Assembly (NCBI RefSeq): GCF_000315625.1
Contig: NW_005434650.1
Coordinates: 745,439 to 809,438 of the forward strand
Source: Guillardia theta CCMP2712
Lineage: Eukaryota; Protista; Cryptophyta
DNA: 64,000 nt
Direction of reading: 5' to 3'
The translations under genes and the position numbers were made by a program. Within the stretch, counting starts at the first letter, position 1; each line of letters begins with the position of its first letter. Under the pieces are notes generated by a model, which saw only the letters and a list, made by a program, of their open reading frames with translations, was not told where the DNA came from and did not search any database. Positions 37,401 through 52,838 of this stretch are shown here, piece by piece.

Positions 37401-40400
37401 GGAGCATTACATTGAGGGACGATCAGTTTATCAAGGAAGGACCCAGCATTGGCTACATCGACTTCTTTCACGGCTTCTTGAACTTCTACATCCCAGACGA
37501 GATCGAGTTGTACCGGTTGATCTTCCCTTGCTGGGAAGAGTGTGCGATGAAGTTCGAGAAGCTTTCGCATCACTTCCTTCCGTTCAGGAAGTTTCATGAC
37601 CTGTCGCGACAGTTTCACCTTGAAAAGCCGCTGTCCTACCAGCAAGTCGAGTACCTCATCGACGTCCTCGACGTCAACGGCGACAACCGGGTAAGTTGAC
37701 GTCGATGTCGTCGAGCCGCTGATGGCGCACAGGTGTCGTTGGAAGAGTTCAAGATGCGGTTTGCGCGAGAGGAGATGAACCTGATGGAAGTCTTCCGGTA
37801 CAGGTGGTTTGACATCCTCCAGTTCCTCGCCAAGAAGAACATCGAGAACAAGACCAACTCCCTCGATATCCCTAAGACTCTGTTTCGTGAATGGCTGGTG
37901 CAGGCGCACGAGTCGGGAATTATGCAGGTGATGCAGTTTCACCTGGAGGAGAAGGAAGTCTCGAGAATGAGCAACGACATCCCTCCTTCCTGCCTCAACA
38001 TCAACGCTGACGTTGTGGCAACCAAGTGGATCTCAAGGTTTTGCAAGGAGTACTACCAAGTGCATTCTGGGTTTGTGGGGAATCACGCCGAGTACAAGAG
38101 GCCCAAGTGGGATGTTGTCATCTCCCACTTTGAAAGCCTGGACAAGACTGAGAATCGACAGGTTCACAGCATGCACGAAGGTGTTTGTCATGTTTGCTCC
38201 TCGCGCACGTGTTTCTGGAGGACGCGAGAGAGGTCTTGGGTGACGTGGGAGGAATTCGTGAAGACGCTGTTGAGGTCGGGAATCCACATGGAGCCTCAGC
38301 ACGTGCAGAAGCTTCTCGAGCACCTTGATCCCGACCTGCACGGCATCGTGGACTGGCGATCCTTTGTGGAAGGAAGGCTGTTCATGAAGGAGCGAGATGG
38401 TCTGCAGACTATGAAGAGCATCGCCGGAGGGTTCCAGGAGAAGGATTGGCAGCTGACGAACCCGTGCTCGCCCCCCTACTTCTTGGACGGCCAACTGTTC
38501 TTGCTGACCCGAACCGTCTTGACCCGACACTGGCGGAAAATCTTCGACGCGTGTAACGAAGAAAAGAAGAGGAGTCTGAAGAAGCGCGAGAGCGTCGCCA
38601 ATGAAGGGATGAAGGAAGGGATGCTTACTATGGAAACCTTCGTCGACATCCTGAGTAAGGTGTTGACTGCTGCTATGCAGGATGAAAAGGAGAATAGAGA
38701 GTTTCTCTCGAAACTCCTGCTTGCGTTTGAGACCTTGCGTGAGAATAAGTTTCAGAGAACTTTCACAGTCCTCTCACGAAGCGATTCTCACTTGGCAGTG
38801 ATGGACGATTACTTGCAGAGCTTCTCGGATGAGACCTCGCCCAGACCGCTCTCTCACATCGACTTCATCGCCTTCTGTAAAAACTTTTCGCAAGGAACTT
38901 TTGGTGTCCACGAAATCTTCGAGGCGAAGTGGCAGGCGATCTATAGTCTCTTCATGAAGTGCGACAGAGGTGGCTTGGGATGCGCCCCCAAGTCAGAGAT
39001 GGTAGCTAGAATCTTGTGAAGGTGCCAACACTGATGGTCTTTTCTTGACAGCTGGACGTTCTCTCGGCCGCGAACCTGGGTCTCGACTCCTCGATGCTGC
39101 AGTTCCTCTTCAGAGACGACGATGACATATGGTGCAGCGATTCACCACACGGACACGACGAGCGATCATCGCACATCAAGTATGACAATCTGTGCTGGCG
39201 GTTTGCCAAGATGAACATTCAGAAGAAGTTTCACAGCAGATGTTTGACGATGCTCAAGGAATTTCGCAAGGTCGACAAGGAAGAGGCTCTGCTGGTGTCA
39301 CAAGAGCAGTTTTCGAGAGCTCTTACCTCAGTCTCAGTTGGCTTCACTCAGCTCGAGGTTAACCTTGTCTGGCACTTCTTGCCCAAGACGGACGATCGAT
39401 GTTCCTATCATGAACTGCTGCGAGGAGGCTTCGCCATCATCCCCGCAAATCCCGCGGTCTACGAGCTCTGGCTGGCGATTGAGGGCAAGTGGGAGGAGGT
39501 GGCGGAGCAGTTCTTGTCGTTCGATGTGAACTACGACGGGGCGGTGACCGGGAAGGAGTTTGAGAGCGGCATCCTTGCAGTCATGAAGGAAGGGATTCTT
39601 GGAGAACAGTTCGCGCTGGTGGATCGCGTCAGGCCTGCGGTGCAGAGTGTCGTGTCTGAGCTCGTAGATTCAAATGGAGATCTGGTCAATCTCGACGACT
39701 TGATCTGGACGCTCGCGGTGCCGCATGTGCGGAAGGTTCTTCCTGCCAAGGCTTCGCAGATCTACGACACGATCAGCATGGAATGCAGGAATGTGATGCT
39801 CAGAGGAGCGAACAAGAGCAGAGGAGAAGCGCTGGGCATGACGGTTGGGACCATTTCCCGCGCTGTCTGTGAAGGGAAACTGAAGAGAATCTTTGAGGGC
39901 ACCGGGCTGAGTGCGCTATGCATCCGCCTGATCGTGAACAGAATGGACCCTTCCTTCCTCAATGGCCAGCGGCTGTCCGAGGGAGCCATCACGGAGGAGA
40001 GCGCGTGCAAAGCTCTCAGGGAGATCGTACAGGATGAAGTCAGCGAGGAGGAAGCAGCCAAGTTTCAACTCACGCTGTGCAGCCTGCTGGCTGATTTCGA
40101 GTCCTTGAAGTGGGAAACGTGGAGAGAGAAGGGACAAGGGAGAAGCGCATTCAAGGAGTTCGAAGGAATGTGTGTCGGGCAAGGCTCAGATGTCATCGCA
40201 AGGCCGGAGACAAACAGGCAGCATATGAAAAACGTCTTCTCTTCCCCCGTCGATTTCCTCCCGCTTGGGCTGCGACCTTCTCATGCCTTAGAAAAGCTTT
40301 ACGAGGATCGCAGGGACAGAGTGTATCACTCGAGCGCATGGCAGGCGTTCTGGCAGGGCACGTCGGGAGGGTCTGAGCGACCGATGGAGAAGAACTTGAA

Positions 40401-40930
40401 AATGAACGTGGAGGAGCTGAAGGTGATGCGGAATAAGGCACATCTTCTGCACTGACCTTATTGTATCTCGCAGAAGAAAATCCGGAGGATACTGTTTCTT
40501 CGCTTCGACTCCATTGAGGTTGCCTCCTCCGCCTCCTCCCTCCTGCTGTTGACATGCCGAGCAGGCAGCTTTCCATTCTCTCGATGCTGATGGGAACGGG
40601 CTCATAACCGAGGCTGAGTTCATCAAGGGCCTCAACGACCTCCGAGAGGGTCTGAGCATGCAAGAGATCAACCATCTCTGGCGGTTGGAGGTGCCCAGGT
40701 TGTGAAGGAGGTGGAGGAAGGAGCCGCTCAGTTGCTGACCTCGTGCACAGAGGAAACTTCTTGGGGTATAACGACTTCCTTTCCAAGTACGGTACTCATG
40801 TGACCGACGTGTCGGGAGTGGCAGAGATGCGGGAGAGAAGGTGAGGGTTACAATGACTGAAGGAGCCTTGACTTGGATGCGTGTCAGCGGAGTGTACGGA
40901 AAGTTGAAGCAGGCAAGAGGGGAGGCATGA
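34432..40930 (+). CDS. Very large multi-EF-hand protein (EFCAB6-like) with a PB1-like domain near the N-terminus, multi-exon
   Basis: Many EF loops (DADHDGKISLQDF, DADGDGYISKSE, DKDKDGRLSQKE, DLDGDGFLAYHE, DEDKDGILRKEE, DADGNGLITEAE). ORFs 34432, 34637, 37733 and 39094 are joined by short introns. Confidence 0.85.
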
Positions 40931-42878
40931 AATTCTTGTACATGTCGGATCATGTAAATAAAGTGAGATGTGAACTAAACCACCGGCTTTGCAACACAGC
41001 AATCACACTTTCTGTTCTGCTCGTTTTCATCATCAATCTAATGTCAACAGGTATGAAGGCAGAAGTTAGATGCTGCTAAGAGGATGTCCCTGCTCGAACG
41101 AGAAGGTTCCCTCCGCGTGATACCTCTGAGTAGCTCCAGCAGAAGCCATGTGCTCGGACGCGGGGAGCTGGGTGAACCAATCCCAATGGGCATCCCAGTT
41201 CTGTTATAGCAGATATGTCAAGGCAATAAACAAGAGATCTTGCACATGAACTCAAAGCCCTCAATAAATGGCATCAAACCTAGACGAGGTAAAGGGAATC
41301 TTTCTTCTTCTTGACTACGGTATCTGTTCTACATTATCCTGAATCTTCAACCACCAAGAAAAGCCTGAAAGATATGGACACACAAGCCAACTTGCACTCG
41401 CTGTTTCAACAAAGTCTCTGAAATCACCAGGTCGAAATCGCACCAATAATCAATCCGTATCATATGGCCATAGAAACCTCCATAGATAAAAAAACACTTC
41501 ATCTCATTATTCTCATTATCTCATCTGGGTTTAATTTCTATTCTGCTCTTTCATGGCCTAGCTTCATCTTGCACAGTATCATCGTCCTTTTTCCCCTTCA
41601 CTCGCATCTCTCCTCCTAGTCTCATCATCTCCCCTTCCCTCCTCACTCAGATTTCTCTTCACGACTTGTTCTCTCACCTTGGGCACTCCCGGCCTAGCGT
41701 TCGCCGGCAGCCATCCTGATGACTGCAACGCGTCTGTCAACCTCTCCAACACCATCGCGGCTCTTCGTTTGAGCTCTACCCCACCCTTCCCGCAATCACA
41801 TTTTCCCTTCTCACCAGGACCCTACCCAATTTTTACTATCATGCTTTGGCATCTTCTCGGGGGTACTTTTGCTACCCACCCCTTGGTATGGCCAATGGCT
41901 TCTCAGAGAATTGTTTCACCGGGCACTGGCCTGCAGACCTTCAGGAAGAAAACCTGTGAAACCTGGACGCACAACTAGCATTTTAAAGGCGTATCCTTTT
42001 AAAAATTCAACGGCAAATGATCTACCCATGACACCCCTGGTAATACCCAAACTCTTAGGTTATAAGGTACCGGTACTAATAGAAATAAAGGTACCATGTT
42101 GATCTTGACTTTTAGAGTTTTTGACTTGTAACGCATTACCACAAGAGACCCTATAAGTAAAGTAAGATTATAGTGGTACACATCAAAAAATTAACGCCGC
42201 TTAGCTACCTTTCGCAGATTTAGGCTAAATCTACAGAACAGCAGGTAAAACTAACAGGAAAGCATCTAAAATAGGTTGAAAGATTGTTACTTTCACCAGA
42301 TTTGTCTGCCCCACGGCGGTTGACGGCAATGTCCATGAGCAGTGTGGTGGGAAGAGATAGCGGGAAGAGATAGCAGGAGCAGATCAGAGATCAGAGAAGA
42401 GAAGAATGGATATGAGAAGCGAAGAGTGGAAAAATAGAGGTGATATCGTGCAAGATATGGAAGAGAGTGAAAGATAGATACGGTGAGAGCCACAACCATG
42501 GACTAAGACGATATATTTGTTGTTGGAACAAGGTATGCTTGACGTAAGATACATAAAGAACATAAAATATACTTGAGAGGGCAGAAGATCAAAATAAGAA
42601 TCGCCTTTGGTGGATGATGAATCGAAAGGATGTTTGACAAGGTAACGATTTAGACCGAGAAAAAAGGATATCACATCGAGAAAGGAAGAAGTTAGTGAAG
42701 CAGTCAAATCGAAATGTGAGTTTGCAATGTAGAACGGTGAATTTTCTTGAGTGCATGATTCATGCAACTGCATTGTTAGTGAATTTGTTCCAACTACCAT
42801 GGCATCTTGGAAAGTGAAATAACGGTTCAAACAGACTGTTGTGTGCCTGCGTTGGCACCTGTCCCCAAGAGGTTCAGG

Positions 42879-45121
<2,243 letters not shown>

Positions 45122-45245
45122 ATGTCGTCGTTATTGTTTCCTCTTGTTTGACCTTTTAATCTATCTGTGGCCTGCCGTTGTTGATGATTTGTATACTGGC
45201 GATGAATACATACTTGTTCTCGGATTGCTTGTCTCGGATTGCTTC

Positions 45246-46507
45246 TTACGTATCGGGTTGTTCTTGTAAATGGGCTGAGGCGCCTGGACGTCGAGAAGCA
45301 CCGGATACTTGGTCATTCAACCACACAGCATGGTATGATGCCTCGTCTAGTGCCGTTTCGCTCGATGCCATTCGCAGCATCCCGTTCACATGCAGCAGCC
45401 CGACGATAGCAAGCACTGTGTTGTTTCTAAGCTGCTCCCTAGTGTCTGGCAGCTGTTTGCGCAAGGAGCAACATTCGAGGATTGATTTCAGTAAGAACTT
45501 GTCACGCGATTCGATCAAGACTGGATGGATTCGCGGGATCAAGGCAAAGATGACGATGAGAGGGATAGAAACGATCAGATCATCGACTGACTGCTCGACA
45601 AGTCACAAACCGACAGCTCTCAAGCACTCGGTACCTCGTGAGAGGCTTGCGACACGCCGGCAGCGCTCTCAGCATACCTTGTACCAAGACAAGTCAGCCT
45701 CCACCCATTCACATCATGTTTCAACCATGCAATCGTTGTTAGGATTGACGAGCTGAGAAAGATGGCAGCTGAGAAAGGAACCAGCTCGAGGATCCTCCGA
45801 GAGTCGCTGAAGACTTGGAGAAAGTCGACGCGTCCGCCTGCACTCTTGACGGGAGAGTGAGCGAGTTTGTGCTAGCAGATGGGAAGGGGCACCGGTGTAA
45901 AGGAGCTTGCGAACCCCCGGATCCCTCGCAGGGCCGAGGGGATGTCAAACATTTCTGTGATGCTGACAAGCTTTGAAAGCTCGTCGAACGTGTCGGTGGC
46001 GTTGATGTCGCCCAAGACCTGAGCACCGTCAGACAGTTTGACACATCCAACTCTCATCTCACCACTGAGCAGCCAAGGGCCTTGGCTTCCTGCACCGCAG
46101 CTACAAACTCTCCTCCTGACTCCATTCCCGCTCGCTGCAGGATGGCGTAAACAGAAGAGATGAAAAGATCGGCGATGCTCTTGTTCATGATCGACCCTCC
46201 TCTTTCCTCTTTCGTTTTGGACGGCGACGAGTCGAACATGCACAGAAAGCGATCCAAGCAGAGCTCGAGGCAGACAACTCGCGGTCGGAGGAGCCGGAGG
46301 CATTGCCGGACATCTTCTGTGCTTGCCTGCGACACATGGAAGGTCCCAAGGATGTACACGTGCGTCCTCGATGAAGGTTCGTAGAAGTATGCTGTGCTTG
46401 ACGGAAGCTCCTCCAGCCTGACTGGCATCTGTTCCCTGCTCGCAGCCGACAGAGCGACTGAAGCATGTTTCCTCGGAAGAAGCGAAGGAAAGACGCAGAA
46501 GGGACAT
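45246..46507 (-). CDS. TraB/PrgY-domain protein (TRABD-like), multi-exon; start uncertain
   Basis: VYILGTFHVSQASTEDV...VCLELCLDR; GGEFVAAVQEA...VLGD; LIESRDKFL; VLAIVGLLHVNGM. Confidence 0.85.
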
Positions 46508-46793
46508 GCGGATTGAAGCAGAAGCAAAAGTGAGAAACTTACAAGGTGGGTGGCATGCATGGGACTGCACAAGATGAGCTAAAGGAGACAAGAGAAACTG
46601 TCAGGTAGGTTAGCTACGAGGATCGAGCGAAAGGAAAGGGACGAATGAATATCAATGAAATGGCAGCGAGATGATAGAGGAGGAGGAGGAGGAGGAGGAG
46701 GAGGAGGAGGAGGAGGAGGAGGAGGAGGAGGAGGAGGAGGAGGAGGAGGAGGAGGAGGAGGAGGAGGAGGAGGAGGAGGAGGAGGAGGAGGAA

Positions 46794-46893
46794 NNNNNNN
46801 NNNNNNNNNNNNNNNNNNNNNNNNNNNNNNNNNNNNNNNNNNNNNNNNNNNNNNNNNNNNNNNNNNNNNNNNNNNNNNNNNNNNNNNNNNNNN
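46794..46893. other. Assembly gap (100 N) next to a (GAG)n tract (46676-46793)
   Basis: N run. Confidence 1.
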
Positions 46894-47472
46894 TTGTACC
46901 ATGCATTTGAATGTTTAGTCATGCTTTTCTCATCATAGTCACATTGTTAGTTTCAATATCAATGCTTTTATTTCTCTGAGCTGTCTCCAAATTTGAGCCA
47001 ATAAAATCGCTTAAAGCTCATTTATACGCCGCTGCCCCTAGAAAATTCTTGCGAGGGTTTCCCTATGTTTTTTGGTTAGACGGACTTTTAAATATTGCCA
47101 AATACAGTAATTTAGCAATTTTATCATCCAATTCCCCTAAAATGCCAGAATATGCCCTACTACACACCCCAGTTTATAGTGCAAACGCTTGAGACTCTCA
47201 ATTAGCACCAAGTAAGGAGTAGCAGGAGGAGGAGGAGGAGGAAGCGAAGGGAAGGGGGGAAGGGAGTTGAAGGGAGGGAAAGGGGGTGGGGTGAGGTGAA
47301 AGGAAGGGTGGATGCAGCGAGGGAGTGGGGTGGGTGGAAGGGAAGGGAGGATCACAGGAAGATGGGAATTTTCACCCTTTTTTTCGTGGATCCTGCCGAG
47401 AACTTTTACAGGAGGGAAGGGCGGGCGAGAGGGCGAGATGAGACGAGACGCGAGGGGAGCGAAGAGAAGAAG

Positions 47473-50300
47473 ATGGAGGAGGACGATGAGAGGGAAAGAA
47501 AGGAGATGGAAAAAGAGGCAGGGCAGGGCGGGTTCGTGGATTAGATATGTGGCAATGGTGGTTTGACGTAAATCCCCTGCCTGACAGGTGAGAGGAGAGA
47601 GACGCATGCTCGCAACAGGGGAGGCCGAAGAGAAACAGAAGAAGAGACGAGCAGAGAGCGCGGGCGGGAAGGATGTTGGCTTCATGTGCATTTTCTGCAA
47701 GTCTGTCTTCTGGGTCGACGGGCGGGAGAATGCGCGCTCCAAGTTCTGTCCCCTCTGTGGAAGCAAGCTAGCACCAGACTCGAGGGTTTGGTTCTCTCGG
47801 ATTTCCAAGGAGGAGGATGAGGCCATTACCAAGCGAATGTGCGAAAGCTTCTCTAAGAACTCTGCCCGTCTCTCCTCGCTCTGTCCCGACCATTCCCAGC
47901 GTGAAGTCAAATATCCACCCAAGACAGTCTGCATAAGCCAAGAGCCTGCTCAGACGCTCCCCAAGTTTTGCGAAGTTTGCGGCTACCAGTCTGATGAGGT
48001 GAGAACAGCAGGGCTCTCTGCAAGGAACTAAATCTTAAACCCATCACGCGATCTCAGGTCCACTGCTCTTCGTGTACAAGCGTATTCCACAAGCGATGTC
48101 TGTTTATACCGGAAGCCTTCAAACCTTCTCACGGGTCAGATGTTCTTGGCATCCAGCCGCTCTCCTTTTTGCACTTACTCACTTTCTGTCAGTTGGCGAT
48201 GTCACTCTTGTATGCACGACGCTATGATCCAGCGAAAGTTTTCACCTCTGCCAGCTTTGCGGCGGAGCAAAACCAAGTTAGCGAATGTTTCCAAGTTGTG
48301 CTCGTCCTGCGGGTTAGTATTGCTTGAACTCACCGTCACCCTCAAAGTTGTTCCAGATACTATGAGCTCGAAGCCTTGAATTGTGATGTCTGTTGTCGGT
48401 GGTTTTGCTACGGTTGCATGTGCATCAGTCAAGGAATCTTACCACCCAATGGATGGAGTTGTTCGGGTGAGAGGCATCTGAGAATGGTGACTGACCATGA
48501 GCTCTTGGACTGACTCTCGATTCGTCAGAATGCGTGGGGCAACGTGAATATGATGAGGATCTTGTCAAGAAGCTCCAAGTTTCCCGTTCAAGGTTCGCAG
48601 CAGGATTGATGTCAAGACGAGAGCGGGACGGATTCTCGCAGGTGATTCTCTTAGATTTGGATTCGAGTGCGAGATTGACGGGAAGCGTTGCAGTTGGTGT
48701 TTGACCTGTCTTGTGGCTGCTTCTGGGAGGAGTGGAAGAAGAACGTATGTTGCTTGATCGATGACAGCAAGAAATGCCTCGAAGATGGAGCTCTCACTCC
48801 GATCTTACCGTATCATGCGCTTCACTACCCCATCGACAAGTCAATGATCCGAAGGATTGCAGAAGTTTATTCCAAAGTTTGCTTCGAGAAGGCTCGGAAC
48901 CACTTGCTCTCGAAGGCGACAGCTGAGGGCCAGCAGTCGCAGAATGTTGTGGATACAGATCAAATCAAATCTTGGAAGGTTGAAAAGATCGCGAGAAAAG
49001 TGGACGAGGTTTCGGGGGCTTCCTCTTCACGCCTGCGAATAGGATACATGAGCTCTGATTTCGTTGATCACCCTACGGCAGACCTGATTCTAAGAGCGCT
49101 CCTGCTACATGACAAAGATCGTTTTGATGTTTATTGCTACTCCATCACTAACCATGCTAACTCCGAGTATCGTCGGAGATTGAAGCACCACATACCTAAC
49201 TTCAAGAATCTTGCAAAGAAGGACTCAGACGACAAGTATGGCAGTGTGTCGTCGGCTTACACTGAGGTGCTGCAGGTGTGCAGAGATCATCGCTCAAGAT
49301 GGGATCCACATCCTCATCAACCTCAACGGGCACACTGCAGGAGATCGCAATGGGATCAGTTCATTGCGTCCTGCTCCAATCCAGGTGGTTTACTTGGCAT
49401 ATCCTGGAACATCTGGAGCTGATTATATTGATTTCAACGTGAGGGCAAGTGCTGATGGTTCCGTGAGTGACATATCGTCAGGTTGTGGACGATCATGTTT
49501 GTCCGCCAGAGCATCGCGAGTTTTACAGCGAGAAGCTGATTAGAATGCCACACTGCTACCAGGTCAACTCGTTTAACGATCTCTACCAAGACGTGCTGAG
49601 GTCAGAGACGCTCCCTAAAAGACGCGATCACTTTCTGCCAGACAAACCTGCAGTTGTCTTGTGCAACTTCTGCCGCCTGGGAAGAATCTCTCAGGAGCTC
49701 TTCGATGCATGGCTCAGGATCATGCGGAGAGTGGAAGGAAGCATTCTCTGGCTCTACAGTCATCCCCGAGCGGCAGCTAATCGTCTCAGGGACTATGCTC
49801 GCCGTCAAGACTTCCCGACCGATCGGATCATCTTCGCTCCTCCCTGTAGCCCCAAGTTGCAGCACATGAAGCGTCTTACTCTCGCAGACCTCTACCTCGA
49901 CACTCTGGTGTATAACGGACACACCACCGCAAGCGATGTGCTGTGGGCTGGTGTTCCCATAGTAACAGTGAAGGGAAGCAACTGGCCCTCGCTGGTTGCA
50001 ACATCTCTTGCTCGCAGCGTTGGGTTGCCAGAGATGGTTGCGACATCATTGGAGGAGTACGAGGAGATGGCCGTTGATCTCGCCAGCAACCCTGAGAAGC
50101 TGCAAGGATTACGCTCGAAACTTTGCAGAAATCGACTGACGCAACCTCTGTTTGACAATGAGCGTTGGGTGAGAAGCTTTGAGAACGCCTTAGAAACGAT
50201 ATGGAAGACCTGGGAGAATGGAGAGCAACTAGTCGACGTCAGGCCCCAAGACTTTGGTGAATCCGATTGCTCAAAGAAAATAGCAGAAGAGTTTAAATGA
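47473..50300 (+). CDS. Zinc ribbon + PHD + ADD-like finger fused to an OGT-type GT41 catalytic region, no TPRs, multi-exon
   Basis: Zinc modules: CIFC..CPLC; CEVC|HCSSC..FHKRC|WRCHSC; CSSC|CDVCCRWFCYGC..WSC|SEC. GT41 motifs: RLRIGYMSSDFVDHPT, INLNGHTAG..RPAPIQVVYLAYPGTSGADYID, ADLYLDTLVYNGHTTASDVLWAGVP. Confidence 0.85.
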
Positions 50301-51263
50301 TTACAGAGACATTCACAGACCGTATGGCACATATTGCATTCGCACATTACTTCATTGTAATAAAACAATGCTATTCCTTCCTACATATACAGAGTCGCAA
50401 GAGATTTGAAAATTGCGTGCTCTTTAGTTGAGGAGAAGGGTGGGATTGTACTTGGTGGTGACAGCTCTGTCCTCAGTCTGTCCGACGAAAACCTGTCTCA
50501 TCTTGCTGCCCATACCGAGGTCAATCTGGGCAGTATCATTGTGGGCCTGCCGTGTAGAAGGTCAAACACGACAACCTCGAGCACAGGGAAAAATCGATTC
50601 TTTGGCATGTTCACATCATGTTGCCTTCGAAATTACATTACAAATCACACATAAATACAATCAGACAATAATTCCGATCGTTCTGATTTACACGTGGATT
50701 ACAAGTTTCTGATTAGACCATGTTCATTAGAACATTTGGCTCAAGCGATGAGGAAACGATTCAAGACTTGCAATGGATACTATTACACTCTCAACCACAA
50801 CATCATCAGACAAGAATACACAAATGACAGTTGTGGCTCTAGTCATTGTGGCTCTAACGGATCCCTATCATATCTAAACTCAGGAAAGAGCGCGACACGT
50901 AAAATACGGATTACTCAGTTAAAATGTTGCCCGTACAGCTGCAAAAGTGACGATGGAAAGGATAACTCAACATGAATAATGCAGCGGATGGTGATTCGAT
51001 GATGCAAGATGAGCAGCGGTGTGTATTGATGTGATGCAAGATGAGCAGTGGTGTGCATGGACGTGGCTGTCACATAAATTGTTTCTTACCGCGTTGAACA
51101 ACATAGACAGCATGGCGTTTGTCTCTTCGACGTCCGCGTGACCCCTCGTCCAATATAACTACCAAGTTTCGGAAGTAACGGTCAATTGCATTTTTAACAG
51201 AAAAAGAAACCAAAAAGTCCGTTACAGTCCGTTAGTGACAAACGAAAAGCGAAGAGGCGCGCT

Positions 51264-52559
51264 ATGGTTGGGACCTTTAGTAAGGGAGCAGCAGCCATCG
51301 CGATTGTCGGAGGGCTGGTGCTCATCGTGCTGTCTGCTACTTCGTTTTCGCATAAGGTGGGTGGAGTTGTCCTTGTCTTCTCATCATCTTAACACTTCTG
51401 ACGGCTCCTTCATCATATTCCTTTTTCCAGCGCGAGGCAGCTCGAAATGAGTTGTTAGGATCCTTGCCTGGTTACACCTGCTTCAGTCCTCCATGCACTT
51501 TCGGGAACGGCCTTCCTCCACCAAGCGTTAGTTTCCACTTGACCCAACAGCTTCCTCTTGGACCCCATCCAATGACCACAGAAGCTATCAGCAAGTCTAG
51601 CGACGCTATGTCCTTGGCTGATTCTGTAGAAGACGTGGAAAGGGCGGATAGGGGGAAAATCGATCATGTGAGTTGTGCTTGTCTTCTGATTTCACTGTTT
51701 GTGAAAAAATATTTGTAGTTGGAGGACAATATCGATGATGTGCAGAGCTCTACGTCGGACAACATGAAGTCATCAAGAATAGCACTTTGGAAAGAGATTG
51801 GAAAACTAAGGCGAAAGATCATGGGATACAAAAAGCGTCTCATGGATGTCAAATCTCAAATGATGGCTCGTGACAATTACTTAGACACCAGGATGTCTGC
51901 TCTAGACAATTCTATCAAGCGATCGCAGGTCTCGATGGAGCGAAGGTTGAATGATATCACTGTCAAAGCCAATGTCATACAGCATGAAGTTGGTCCTCCT
52001 GGCGCACCAGGTGAAGATGGAAAGGATGGGCCCCCAGGACCTGCAGGTTATCCTGGCCCTGTCGGCGAGCGAGGGCCCCCAGGGAACATCGGACCAGCCG
52101 GGCCAAGAGGATACGATGGACGGGATGGTATCCCTGGAGGGGTGGGACCGAAGGGTGATATGGGCTTGCCCGGTCCTGAAGGTCCTCAAGGCGCTCAGGG
52201 TACGAGGATGTTGCAGCCCATGCTGAGCATCTAATATTGGCCTTAGGTGAAGGAGGCCGACGAGGCCCCATGGGTTTGTTGGGACCAGAAGGTCAGCCGA
52301 TTGATGGTCAGCAAGGTCAAGCGGGCCCTCGCGGTCCTCCAGGATATGCAGGAGTGTCTGGAGCAGAAGGTCTGACAGGACAGTCGGTCGCAGGAGGTAG
52401 AGGACGTGCTGGTCTGGCTGGACCTGCAGGCGCAGCAGGAGGTAAGAATCCTTTCTCCCATATGCTAATCTGTTCGGAATGCTGATCTGTTCGGTAGCTT
52501 CTGGACCGGCTGGACCGGCTGGACAGTGGGGACGTTGGGGATATAATCAGAAAGATTAG
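51264..52559 (+). CDS. Second type II membrane collagen-like protein (TM, coiled coil, Gly-X-Y), multi-exon
   Basis: [27 protein letters not shown]; coiled coil [19 protein letters not shown]; [19 protein letters not shown]...; ends [12 protein letters not shown]. Confidence 0.8.
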
Positions 52560-52838
52560 AAGAGATTTTACGAAGGAAACTGGTCCCGATTTCGCGTTTT
52601 GTTCATAGATCAGAGAAGGGGGCGAACAGGTTACGAACTTAAACTGAGAATAGGCTGGAGAGCTTAAACTTCTAAAATAAGCAAGATCTGCATGTCAATC
52701 ATCGATTTTATGATGAATAACCGTCAAAAAAGGCTGTTCAGTTGTGCGGTTAGGTAGCTGCAATGCTGTGATCGATGCACGGCGCCTGCCGATCAAATGT
52801 CAATTACATTTGAGTTTATTTCAGTTAGAATGGCTGAA

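Noticed and set aside
40950-42830. Short ORFs in 41-42.8 kb and 50.4-51.2 kb
   Set aside because: No recognisable domains or splice pattern; the composition fits intergenic DNA.
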